Virus record (IMG/VR): IMGVR_UViG_3300046009_005595
Span: 1-64,000 of that record
Source of the DNA: an uncultured virus (IMG/VR IMGVR_UViG_3300046009_005595)
Taxonomy: Duplodnaviria; Heunggongvirae; Uroviricota; Caudoviricetes
Length of the DNA stretch: 64,000 nucleotides
Strand: one strand, 5' to 3'
The notes under the pieces are model-generated. The model was not told the origin of the DNA and made no database searches. It saw nothing but the letters and a program-made list of their open reading frames with translations. Below are positions 1-8,331 of this stretch, piece by piece (the stretch's first letter is position 1; every line of letters starts with the position of its first letter). The position numbers were made by a program, and so were the translations under genes.

Positions 1-121
1 TCCAATTAACAAGAGCATTATAAATCTCTTCTTTTGAAGCATTATTCCGACAAGCAAACTGATATTCACGTTTAGCGCGTTGCCCAGAACGACGATTACT
101 ATCTCTATTTGTGCGACTCAT
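1..121 (-). CDS. Hypothetical protein, partial (MSRTNRDSNRRSGQRAKREYQFAC...), runs off the window
   Basis: Manual translation: ATG at 121 preceded by AGAGGA, frame open to position 1. Confidence 0.6.
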   Translation of the reverse strand, partial: MSRTNRDSNRRSGQRAKREYQFACRNNASKEEIYNALVNW

Positions 122-132
122 ATTGTTCCTCT

Positions 133-1161
133 TTATGCTCCTACAAAATTGGAAATTATTTCGTAATGATCTTCAAAAACTTCACTAGAATCTAAACGTG
201 CAATAGGAATCCAAGAAGCCTTTTCTGCATCATCTTGACCTTTTACTTTAGGAAGTTCTCCATCAGGAAGTTGAATATAATATGCATGAGTAATAGTTCT
301 TCCTCTTGCTGATCTATTAATAGCATCAAATACTTTATTAGATTTAATACTACCTAGCAAAACTGGAATAGGAACCTTAATTCCAGTTTCTTCTTTTAAT
401 TCCCTAATAGCACAAGAAACCATACTTTTATCTTTATTTGCATCTAGAAATCCTCCAGGTAAAGCCCAAAGTCCTTTTCCTGGTTCTGATTTACGTTTAA
501 TCATAAGAACATGACCAGATTGAACTACTATTGTATCAGTTGTAACAAATACAGGAGGATAAGGTAAGCATTCATATTGTTTCTTATAAGTTTTAATAAA
601 TTCTCTTTCTTTTATGATTTGATTGTATTCCTCTTCAGTCTTGAAATGTTCTAGGAACTTAAAGATTGAACTAGGAACTACTCCTTTAATGAAATTCATA
701 TTAGCATCTTTACGGAAATAAAGATCTCTAATATCCGTAGAATGAAGGGATTCAATTAGATCAACATGAACTCGTTCCCATTGAGGAAACATACTAAGAT
801 AAAAAGTGCTTTCATCTTTATCATGACCAATAATACCAATTTTTGGATTACTTTTTGTTATATAACCATCAACAATTTGTTGAACTTTGATTGCCCAAGC
901 TTGATCATTATAAATTGAATCGGAGATATAATCAATACAAACATTTTTTCTTATATTATTTTCTGTACAAACCATATCAACCATAACAATCCTATCATGT
1001 TCAGTAAAAGGATTTTTATAAGTTCTTGGCTGAAAAGCTGATCCAACAATCAAAACTACTTTTTCAGCAATTTCAGAGGCTTTTTTAATAATTTCTAAGT
1101 GGGCATTGTGAACGGGTTGGAATCGTCCAATAAAGACGATGATATCGTATTTTTTATTCAT
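133..1161 (-). CDS. nadM: Bifunctional NMN adenylyltransferase / ADP-ribose pyrophosphatase (NadM-Nudix)
   Basis: FIGRFQPVHNAH (HxxH nucleotidyltransferase motif); C-terminal Nudix ALPGGF...RELKEETG and GQDDA; start moved to ATG 1161 behind AGGAG. Confidence 0.93.
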   Translation of the reverse strand: MNKKYDIIVFIGRFQPVHNAHLEIIKKASEIAEKVVLIVGSAFQPRTYKNPFTEHDRIVMVDMVCTENNIRKNVCIDYISDSIYNDQAWAIKVQQIVDGYITKSNPKIGIIGHDKDESTFYLSMFPQWERVHVDLIESLHSTDIRDLYFRKDANMNFIKGVVPSSIFKFLEHFKTEEEYNQIIKEREFIKTYKKQYECLPYPPVFVTTDTIVVQSGHVLMIKRKSEPGKGLWALPGGFLDANKDKSMVSCAIRELKEETGIKVPIPVLLGSIKSNKVFDAINRSARGRTITHAYYIQLPDGELPKVKGQDDAEKASWIPIARLDSSEVFEDHYEIISNFVGA

Positions 1162-1217
1162 AACATAACTCCTATGTTTTATTGACATAAGAAGGTCTAT
1201 CCTTCTTACTTGTATTT

Positions 1218-1246
1218 AGTATACATCATTTTTTACCAAAAGTAAA
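1218..1246 (-). promoter_or_regulatory. Sigma70-like promoter for nadM
   Basis: TTTACT-N17-TATACT on the minus strand. Confidence 0.65.
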
Positions 1247-1251
1247 GCAAT

Positions 1252-1276
1252 AAAAAAGGGGACCGAAGCCCCCTTT
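1252..1276 (-). terminator. Rho-independent terminator after pmoC
   Basis: GGGGGC-TTCG-GTCCCC stem with cUUCGg loop followed by a T tract. Confidence 0.85.
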
Positions 1277-1296
1277 CGTTACTTTAAAGTAACTTT

Positions 1297-2076
1297 TTAC
1301 TTAGCTACCAATCCTTTGTCTACAGACTCAACAATTTGATCTCCAATCAGACCAGCAAAAGATGAGAACACCTGTAGCAATACACCAGCAATAGCCAAAG
1401 CAAGCCAACCAAAGAACACGAACCCATAGTGCAAAGGGGCAACAAAAAGTTCCTCCATGAACCAGAAGGTATGACCCCATTCATTTAGACCTACGTTTGG
1501 TAGAATCATAAATGGACCTACAACAGTTACTAGATAAGGAAGACTTAGACCTTCAGCAAAATAAGGAAGTCTTGTCTTAGCATATAGGAATGCAGCAAAT
1601 CCAGTGATGATGTAGATTGGGTAAGTCAAGTAAAATTCAATAATATGACTTGGTGTAAAGTCAGTATCACGAACAATAGTTTGATGCCAAGTTCCGTCTT
1701 GTTCGGTGAAATAAGAGGCTCCCCAATAAATAGCATTTGCATAAGCAAATAACCAGACTAAGTGAGTCATATTACGACGAAGTTCTTCCCTTGGAGTAAT
1801 TGCAGCAAGGTTACGATCCCTTGATTTCCAAATATAACCCCAAAGAATAGAAGCCGTAGAAACTTCTAAAACAATTTCAGTATATAGGAAATTCATCCAG
1901 TAAGTTTCAAACTCTGGTGCAAATGAATCTAGTCCAGCAGACCAACCATATACACCTTCATACCAACGTACCCATATGTAAAATACAGTATAGATACCGA
2001 ATGCAAATGTCAACCAAGACTTATTGAGTAGTGGTGCATCTGCAACAATTTTAACATCTTTAGCTAAAGTAGCCAT
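1297..2076 (-). CDS. pmoC: Particulate methane monooxygenase subunit C
   Basis: WYEGVYGWSAGLDSFAPEFETYW, EQDGTWHQ, TPSHIIEFY and GLNEWGHTFWFMEELFVAPLHYGF are hallmark PmoC motifs; C-terminus VDKGLVAK resembles Methylococcus-type PmoC. Confidence 0.98.
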   Translation of the reverse strand: MATLAKDVKIVADAPLLNKSWLTFAFGIYTVFYIWVRWYEGVYGWSAGLDSFAPEFETYWMNFLYTEIVLEVSTASILWGYIWKSRDRNLAAITPREELRRNMTHLVWLFAYANAIYWGASYFTEQDGTWHQTIVRDTDFTPSHIIEFYLTYPIYIITGFAAFLYAKTRLPYFAEGLSLPYLVTVVGPFMILPNVGLNEWGHTFWFMEELFVAPLHYGFVFFGWLALAIAGVLLQVFSSFAGLIGDQIVESVDKGLVAK

Positions 2077-2148
2077 ATCATTACCTCTTGTGTTTTATAA
2101 ACAAAGTCCTTTTCTACGAAAGAGTCCATTCAATTCATTTCACAACTA

Positions 2149-2179
2149 TATTTATACCACAAAAAAATGTTCTTGTCAA
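2149..2179 (-). promoter_or_regulatory. pmoC promoter: sigma70 TTGACA-N17-TATAAA with the -10 inside a T4-type late box TATAAATA
   Basis: -35 at 2174-2179, -10 at 2151-2156, TATAAATA at 2149-2156. Confidence 0.8.
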
Positions 2180-2190
2180 CTATTTTTTTA

Positions 2191-2198
2191 TATAAATA
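2191..2198 (+). promoter_or_regulatory. T4-type late promoter for the 2224-5424 operon
   Basis: TATAAATA 25 nt upstream of the ATG, followed by GGAG. Confidence 0.7.
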
Positions 2199-2223
2199 TT
2201 AAAAAACTATTGTTGGAGATAAA

Positions 2224-2793
2224 ATGTTAACTTTTAAAGAATTTTTAGATGAAACTCAAGAACATACCAGTGCAGACACATCATTAAATCAAGTTTCTGC
2301 TGGGTTAAAATATGCAGTTTCTAAAGGATTAATCAAACCAAATAGTACAAATGTAGATCATGGTGGTGGAAGATATGATGCTGGAAAATCTCATGTAGAA
2401 AATTCAGTAGAAGGGTCTGAGCTTCATGTTCATGATCCTTTTAATAGATCAGAAGAACATAATAAAGAAGTTCATAAAAAAGCTAAAGGGAACTCTGACT
2501 ATGTTGGAATGCATAATGTATTAAATGTAATAAAAGAACCAGAACATAGAATTGAAGCTATGAAAGCTGCAAAATTTTTCATGAAACCAAAATCTGGTAT
2601 AGTACATTTTACAGTATATGAAGGAGATAAAAAAGGTAATGGAAGAATAACTAAAGCCGATAAAGGAAGAGGAAGTTCTTGGCAAGAACATAGACCAACA
2701 TCTTCTTATATTGAAGAAGTTAAAAAAGTTTTCCCTGAAGATAGTCATCATATAGAAGTTAAAGGACAAAATATTATAGTGAGACAAAAATGA
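2224..2793 (+). CDS. SAM-dependent methyltransferase-like protein with capsid-targeting-like N-terminus
   Basis: VDHGGGRYD motif I, DPFN, NVLNVI; begins MLTFKEFLDE. Confidence 0.7.
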   Translation: MLTFKEFLDETQEHTSADTSLNQVSAGLKYAVSKGLIKPNSTNVDHGGGRYDAGKSHVENSVEGSELHVHDPFNRSEEHNKEVHKKAKGNSDYVGMHNVLNVIKEPEHRIEAMKAAKFFMKPKSGIVHFTVYEGDKKGNGRITKADKGRGSSWQEHRPTSSYIEEVKKVFPEDSHHIEVKGQNIIVRQK

Positions 2794-3290
2794 AATCTTT
2801 TAAAGAATTTATATATGAAGAAAGAAAAATAGGTAAAGTTATTGGTGGAGAACATTATATTCATAGAGATTATGAAAATTTAATATCAGATCAAGAAGGA
2901 TTAGAAAAAGCAAAATCTAAATTAAATTCAGAACATAGAAATAGATATAATGTAGTAAAACATAATAAGAAAGAAGGAACATTTTCATTTATACATTCTC
3001 CTGATTTCGATGAATCTGATGAACCTATTTCTGGAGAGTCACATAAAGTTAAACCTGATGGATCAATAACTATAACTAAACAGAAAAAAGACCCCCAAAT
3101 TTGGCATCATAAATGGCAATGGGTTGGTGATGACTATAAAGGATTTGATGTAGAAAAATCAAAACAAAGATCTAAAGATTGGGGAAAAGTTACCGATAAA
3201 ATTAAACAAGAACGTCCAGAAGAAAAAGTTATGAATAAAATTGGAACTAAAAGTTATTGGGAAAAAAATGTTGTTCCTTATATAAAATAA
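2790..3290 (+). CDS. Protein resembling the non-methyltransferase domain of DNA-phosphorothioation-associated putative methyltransferases; capsid-targeting-like N-terminus
   Basis: GKVIGGEHYIH, SPDFDESDEP, PQIWHHKW; begins MKSFKEFIYEE. Confidence 0.55.
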   Translation: MKSFKEFIYEERKIGKVIGGEHYIHRDYENLISDQEGLEKAKSKLNSEHRNRYNVVKHNKKEGTFSFIHSPDFDESDEPISGESHKVKPDGSITITKQKKDPQIWHHKWQWVGDDYKGFDVEKSKQRSKDWGKVTDKIKQERPEEKVMNKIGTKSYWEKNVVPYIK

Positions 3291-3631
3291 TGAATAATCT
3301 TTTTAAAAAACAAAAAATAGATATAGAAAACGAAGAAAGTTTTTCTTTATTTTTATCAAAATTAAAAACAATATATCCAAATAATGATATATTTAATTCT
3401 ATTGAACCAATAACTATTAATACACATACTCATGATGATTTTGAAACTAGATTATTTTTATCTGGAGAAGCAGAATTTATTATAAATAATATAAAAATAA
3501 TATGTAATAGAGGGGATTATATTGAGATATATTCAAATACTCCTCATTCTTTTAACTATTATGGTGGGGAAGAATTAAAAGTTTTAAGATTTTTTTCAAA
3601 TAACACTCAATGGCAAGCAAATTTTAAATAA
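3290..3631 (+). CDS. Cupin protein, acireductone dioxygenase-like
   Basis: HTHDDFETRLFLSGEAEF and GDYIEIYSNTPHSF cupin metal motifs; ATG 3290 overlaps the upstream stop. Confidence 0.65.
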   Translation: MNNLFKKQKIDIENEESFSLFLSKLKTIYPNNDIFNSIEPITINTHTHDDFETRLFLSGEAEFIINNIKIICNRGDYIEIYSNTPHSFNYYGGEELKVLRFFSNNTQWQANFK

Positions 3632-3642
3632 GAGAAAAGAAA

Positions 3643-4068
3643 ATGAAAACATTCACAAAATTTATGTCTGAGATAAAAGAACCAACAGGGGAATTAAAAA
3701 AATCTTGTTGGAAAGGATATACTGCAATAGGATTAAAAAAGAAAAACGGAAAGATGGTTCCTAATTGTGTTCCAGAAGAAGTTGATTTAGATGAAACTGC
3801 CGCATGGCAAAGAAAAGAAGGAAAAAATCCTGAAGGTGGTCTTAATAAAAAAGGTGTAGAATCTTATCGTAGAGAGAATCCAGGTTCTAACTTACAAACT
3901 GCTGTAACTACTCCTCCATCTAAATTAAAAAAAGGAAGTAAAGCAGCAAAGAGAAGATTATCATTTTGTAAAAGAATGAGGGGTATGAAGAAGAAATTAA
4001 CTTCTGCTGAAACTGCGAGAGATCCAAATTCTAGAATTAATAAATCTTTGAGAAAATGGAATTGCTGA
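3643..4068 (+). CDS. Basic hypothetical protein of a type common in T4-like phages; capsid-targeting-like N-terminus
   Basis: CWKGY...VPNCVPE and GKNPEGGLN...SFCKRM...LRKWNC motifs; begins MKTFTKFMSE. Confidence 0.65.
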   Translation: MKTFTKFMSEIKEPTGELKKSCWKGYTAIGLKKKNGKMVPNCVPEEVDLDETAAWQRKEGKNPEGGLNKKGVESYRRENPGSNLQTAVTTPPSKLKKGSKAAKRRLSFCKRMRGMKKKLTSAETARDPNSRINKSLRKWNC

Positions 4069-4496
4069 TGAAAACATTTAAAGAGTATATATCAGAAATT
4101 TATTGGGTAAAACCAAAACCGAACAAAGAACAAAGTGAGATTGGATTTCAAGTTGGTAGTAGTTCACATGCTCATGTAAACAAACAACTGAAACGTTTAT
4201 CTGATCCAAAAAAGTTTAAATCTTCGTTATCCAAAGCAAAAGTTATAAATTATAATCAAAACAAAATTAAAAATGTGGATAATACTGATGCTGCGGATAA
4301 AGGAGCTTTTAAACAATTGAATAAACAGAAACAAAAAAGAGTTTCAAACATATTTAAAAAATCAAGATCGGTAGAAACTCCAATTATTCTAAAGCATAGA
4401 GAAACTGGTCATGAACATTTGTTAGCTGGAAATACTAGAGCCACATATGGAATTCAAAAAAGAAAAAAAATAAAAGCATCTGTAATAGAGTATTAA
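4068..4496 (+). CDS. ParB/Srx-fold-like protein with capsid-targeting-like N-terminus
   Basis: PIIL...HLLAGNTR resembles the ParB GxxR motif; ATG 4068 overlaps upstream TGA; begins MKTFKEYISE. Confidence 0.5.
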   Translation: MKTFKEYISEIYWVKPKPNKEQSEIGFQVGSSSHAHVNKQLKRLSDPKKFKSSLSKAKVINYNQNKIKNVDNTDAADKGAFKQLNKQKQKRVSNIFKKSRSVETPIILKHRETGHEHLLAGNTRATYGIQKRKKIKASVIEY

Positions 4497-4497
4497 A

Positions 4498-5424
4498 ATG
4501 AAATCATTTAAAGAATTTTATAAAAATAATTATTATATAATAGATGAAGAAATTCATAATGAACTTCAATCTATATTAGATGTGCCAAGTGAAAGTGAAG
4601 AAGAAAGAACTAAAAGATTAGAAAAAAATCCTTGGACTGCATCTAAATTTGATCCTGCTGTTACTAAACTAAATAATTTTACTAAAAAAGCTAGAGAATT
4701 ATTATCTAGGGGAGAAGATACTGGATTAGAAAATAGTAAACCTAAAAAAGGTTCTTCTAGAGCAGTTTTCTTCCCAAAAGATCCTAAAAATATTACTTTA
4801 GATGGAATTCCTACTAAAGCTAAAACAGTTGTAAAAATAGCATTTCCTGGTAGATTAGATAAATTCAGAAGAAATGATGAAAGATTATTAGGTGAACATC
4901 AAAACTCAACAGAGTCAGATCATGTTATATCTAACAATTTTGGTATGTTATCAGAAAATCATGATGGATCATATTCAACAAATCCAGATGGAGTATTAGC
5001 ACCTGTTTTTAACAGACATCCTGACCATCATCATTTAGAAATGGGTCATGTATCTCCAATGAAAAAATCTGATTTTCAAAAATTAACAGTATCAGAATCT
5101 CATCCAAAAGGACTTAAATTTGATGATATGTATAATGCATTAAATAAAGAACATAAAGATGCTAATGGCTTAGATGGATTTACTCCACGCTCTCATACTG
5201 ATAGTTTGCATGAAAAAACTATGCAACATCCATTCGTTAATAAAGTTGCTGATATGATGTTTACTAATGGATTTCATCCAGGAGATATTTCAATTAGAAA
5301 TATGGGAATTTGGACTCATCCACATACAGGTAAACAATATCCAGTAATGTCAGATTATGGATTTACAGATGATGTTGCCAATCATTATTGGCAAAGAAGA
5401 CAAAGAGCATCAAGAAATTATTAA
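4498..5424 (+). CDS. Protein-kinase-like fold protein with capsid-targeting-like N-terminus
   Basis: GSSRAVF, VVKIA, HPGDISIRNMG, SDYGF match kinase-like subdomains; begins MKSFKEFY. Confidence 0.55.
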   Translation: MKSFKEFYKNNYYIIDEEIHNELQSILDVPSESEEERTKRLEKNPWTASKFDPAVTKLNNFTKKARELLSRGEDTGLENSKPKKGSSRAVFFPKDPKNITLDGIPTKAKTVVKIAFPGRLDKFRRNDERLLGEHQNSTESDHVISNNFGMLSENHDGSYSTNPDGVLAPVFNRHPDHHHLEMGHVSPMKKSDFQKLTVSESHPKGLKFDDMYNALNKEHKDANGLDGFTPRSHTDSLHEKTMQHPFVNKVADMMFTNGFHPGDISIRNMGIWTHPHTGKQYPVMSDYGFTDDVANHYWQRRQRASRNY

Positions 5425-5430
5425 AAATAC

Positions 5431-5460
5431 TATAAAGGGAGTGAAAAAGCTCCCTTTATA
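5431..5460. terminator. Bidirectional terminator-like hairpin between convergent genes
   Basis: TATAAAGGGAG...CTCCCTTTATA inverted repeat. Confidence 0.75.
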
Positions 5461-5477
5461 ATATAATCTTATACTAT

Positions 5478-5627
5478 TTAAGCAACTTTTCTAGTAGATA
5501 AATCATCAAATTTTTCATAATTCTCTACGAATGATTTCTTATTTTTCTTATAAGAATCTTTTTGTGAAATTTTTACTTTTGGTTTTTTGAATTTATCAGA
5601 AGGTTCTTTACGATATGTTTTAGCCAT
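5478..5627 (-). CDS. Small basic hypothetical protein (49 aa, MAKTYRKEPSDKFKKPK...)
   Basis: Manual translation; starts 2 nt after the upstream ORF stop and ends near the terminator. Confidence 0.55.
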   Translation of the reverse strand: MAKTYRKEPSDKFKKPKVKISQKDSYKKNKKSFVENYEKFDDLSTRKVA

Positions 5628-5629
5628 AC

Positions 5630-5788
5630 TCAGTTATCTTTATTATCAGTTTTAATTACATTAATTTTATCAAGATCTTGATTAGATCCTTGTCTTGCTG
5701 GTTTTCTATTGAAAAATTCAGCAGTTTTTTTAATTTCCTCTTCATAACGTTTTTTATCATTTTCATCAGGTATATATTCGTTAGCCAT
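5630..5788 (-). CDS. Small hypothetical protein (52 aa, MANEYIPDENDKKRYEEE...)
   Basis: Manual translation; AAGGA RBS and TATAAATA at 5810-5817 on the minus strand. Confidence 0.6.
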   Translation of the reverse strand: MANEYIPDENDKKRYEEEIKKTAEFFNRKPARQGSNQDLDKINVIKTDNKDN

Positions 5789-5874
5789 TTATGTCATCCT
5801 TAAAATAATTATTTATAATTTGTTTTATTTTCACCATATAAGTATCTATATATTTTATTTCAAAAGAGGTGTTT

Positions 5875-6066
5875 ATGAAAAATATTTATGAAATTGTTTT
5901 AACAAATTTCAATGAACCAAATGATGTTCAATCAAAGACTATATTTTTTGTATCTGATAATTTAAATGATATTTTATCTTATATTAGATCAAATAAAGAT
6001 TTAACTAATTTTGTTGTATCTAATATAGTTATGATTAATCAAGGATCAGAAGTAATTTATATTTAA
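5875..6066 (+). CDS. Small hypothetical protein
   Basis: ORF with AGAGGT RBS. Confidence 0.55.
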   Translation: MKNIYEIVLTNFNEPNDVQSKTIFFVSDNLNDILSYIRSNKDLTNFVVSNIVMINQGSEVIYI

Positions 6067-6215
6067 TTATCATCCGACTACAGAGTAATAGTAACACAGG
6101 ATAGAAAAAAAGTCAAGAACTTTTTTATTAGATATAGACTTAGATTATAAGAATTATTTTAAACTTATTAAAATCTGTATAAAGATAAATACTATTATTT
6201 TATAAAGGAATTTAG

Positions 6216-7613
6216 ATGAAAATTCTAGTAATAGATTCGGAAGGATTTTGTTTGGATTTTGCATGGAGATGTAAATTAAACAAACATGATGTTAAATATC
6301 ACATAGCAATGAATCCAAAAAAAGGAATAATATCAACATATGGAGATGGTATTGTTTCTAAAGTAAATGAATATAAACCATATATGGATTGGGCTGATTT
6401 AATTGTTCTTTGTGATAATATAATTTTAATGGAAGAAATGAAGAATTATAGAAACAAAGGATATCCAATATTTGGTATTGATGATGATATTTCTAAATGT
6501 GAATTAGATAGAAATTATGGGCAAGATTTATTTAAAAAATATGGTATAGAAACTATGCCCTATGAAGGTCCATTTAATGATTATGATTCTGGAATAAACT
6601 TTGTTAAAAAGAATCTAGATAAACGTTGGGTTTCAAAACCTTGTGGAGAGGAAACAGATAAATCATTATCATATGTTTCTAAATCTGCTGAAGATATGAT
6701 ATTCATGCTACAAAAATGGAAAGAAAAAGGAAAGAAACAATCATTTATTTTACAAGAATTTAAACCTGGTATTGAAATGGCTGTTGGTGGTTTTTATGGA
6801 CCAGGAGGATTTTCTAAATACTACTTAGAGAATTTTGAATTTAAAAAATATTTAAATGGAGATTTAGGAGTAAATACAGGAGAACAAGGAACTGTAATAG
6901 GATATGTTCAAAAATCTAAACTAGCTGAAGAATTACTAACTCCTTTGATTCCTTATTTAAAATCAAAAAATTATTGTGGTTATATTGATGTTGCTTGTAT
7001 TATTGACGAAAAAACAGGAACTCCTTATCCATTAGAATTTACTTCAAGATTTGGATATCCATTATGGCAAATACAACAAGCATTACATATAGGAGATCCT
7101 GCAGAATGGATGTTAGATCTTATTAAAGGAAAGGATACTTTAAAAGTTAAGGATAATAAAGTATGTATAGGTGTTGTTCTTTCTAATGGATCTTACCCTA
7201 AAAAAGCAGATGATTATTACGAAGAACAAGATTATCCTATTAAGTTAGATAAGGTTAATATGAATGATATTCACCCTTCAGAAGTTAAGATAGGAAAGAC
7301 TTTAAAAATTTCAGATGGTAAAATAAAGGAAGTTGATGGTTGGGTTACTGCTGGAAATTATATTCTAACTGCTACTGCATGTGGAGATACTGTTTCAGAA
7401 GCTAAAGAAAAAGTTTATAAAATTTTAAAAAATATTGAAGTTGGAAATTCTCCACAATATAGAACTGATATTGGAGATAGACTTAATAAACAACTTCCAA
7501 CAATTCAAAAATTTGGATATGCTAAGATGTTTAAGTTTGATGAAAAATCTAAAGGGTCTGAGGTTGCTGAACAATACGCACAAGCTATATCTAGAAAGAT
7601 AAAATTTTATTGA
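6216..7613 (+). CDS. PurD-like ATP-grasp ligase (divergent)
   Basis: ILQEFKPGIE, GDLGVNTGEQG and LEFTSRFGYP resemble PurD motifs; the canonical GxGGREHA is absent. Confidence 0.75.
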   Translation: MKILVIDSEGFCLDFAWRCKLNKHDVKYHIAMNPKKGIISTYGDGIVSKVNEYKPYMDWADLIVLCDNIILMEEMKNYRNKGYPIFGIDDDISKCELDRNYGQDLFKKYGIETMPYEGPFNDYDSGINFVKKNLDKRWVSKPCGEETDKSLSYVSKSAEDMIFMLQKWKEKGKKQSFILQEFKPGIEMAVGGFYGPGGFSKYYLENFEFKKYLNGDLGVNTGEQGTVIGYVQKSKLAEELLTPLIPYLKSKNYCGYIDVACIIDEKTGTPYPLEFTSRFGYPLWQIQQALHIGDPAEWMLDLIKGKDTLKVKDNKVCIGVVLSNGSYPKKADDYYEEQDYPIKLDKVNMNDIHPSEVKIGKTLKISDGKIKEVDGWVTAGNYILTATACGDTVSEAKEKVYKILKNIEVGNSPQYRTDIGDRLNKQLPTIQKFGYAKMFKFDEKSKGSEVAEQYAQAISRKIKFY

Positions 7614-7643
7614 CATTTATTTTTAAATTTTAGATTAAAAGTG

Positions 7644-7672
7644 TTGACTTGATGTAGAAAAACTCGTATACT
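7644..7672 (+). promoter_or_regulatory. Sigma70-like early promoter
   Basis: TTGACT-N17-TATACT. Confidence 0.75.
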
Positions 7673-7704
7673 ATATGCTCTTACAATCGACAAGTGGAGT
7701 TTTT

Positions 7705-8331
7705 GTGAATATATTTTATCTTGACCACAATTATAAAGTTTGCGCTCAAATGCACAACGACAAACACTGCATCAAGATGATTCTTGAGTATTGTCAACTT
7801 TTATCTACTGCTCATCGTGTTCTTGATGGTGTTGATTCAGTAGAAAAACGTGCAGTTGCTGGATCATTTCCTGTTCGTTGGCGTAATGTAAAAAAATGGA
7901 AACTTTCTGATGATCGTGACAATATTTTATATGCAGCTACTCACATCAATCATCCTAGTGCTATTTGGTGTCGTGCTTCAAAAGCTAACTACGATTGGCT
8001 ATACTCATTGCTAGTAGAACTATGTAGTGAGTATACCTACCGTTATGGTAAAGTTCATAAGTGTGAGCAAATTGGTTTGGTTAAGAAACTGTCTGAGTAT
8101 CCAAAAAATATCAAGATAGGTCTATTCACGCAACCTACTCCAGCTATGCCTGAAGAATATGTTATCAAAAATGATTCCATAAAGTCTTATAGAAATTACT
8201 ATATAAACAGCAAACAACATATCGCACAATGGTCAGGAAAGATAAATAGTAGAGAAGTACCAAATTGGTATTCTCAAGGAATTCTGGATTTATTAACAGA
8301 ACAGGCTCAAAAATTAAATATGGGGTATTAA
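7705..8331 (+). CDS. Pyrimidine-dimer DNA glycosylase family-like protein conserved in T4-like phages
   Basis: NIFYLD...DKHCIKMILEYCQLLSTAH, THINHPS, PTPAMP; GTG start at 7705 behind GGAG. Confidence 0.65.
   Translation: MNIFYLDHNYKVCAQMHNDKHCIKMILEYCQLLSTAHRVLDGVDSVEKRAVAGSFPVRWRNVKKWKLSDDRDNILYAATHINHPSAIWCRASKANYDWLYSLLVELCSEYTYRYGKVHKCEQIGLVKKLSEYPKNIKIGLFTQPTPAMPEEYVIKNDSIKSYRNYYINSKQHIAQWSGKINSREVPNWYSQGILDLLTEQAQKLNMGY

Noticed and set aside
1297..2076. amoC or host contamination
   Set aside because: Motifs fit gammaproteobacterial PmoC, and the gene has phage-type promoter context and phage neighbours
2024..2230. 68-aa plus-strand ORF
   Set aside because: Overlaps the pmoC start and divergent promoters; TTG start without RBS
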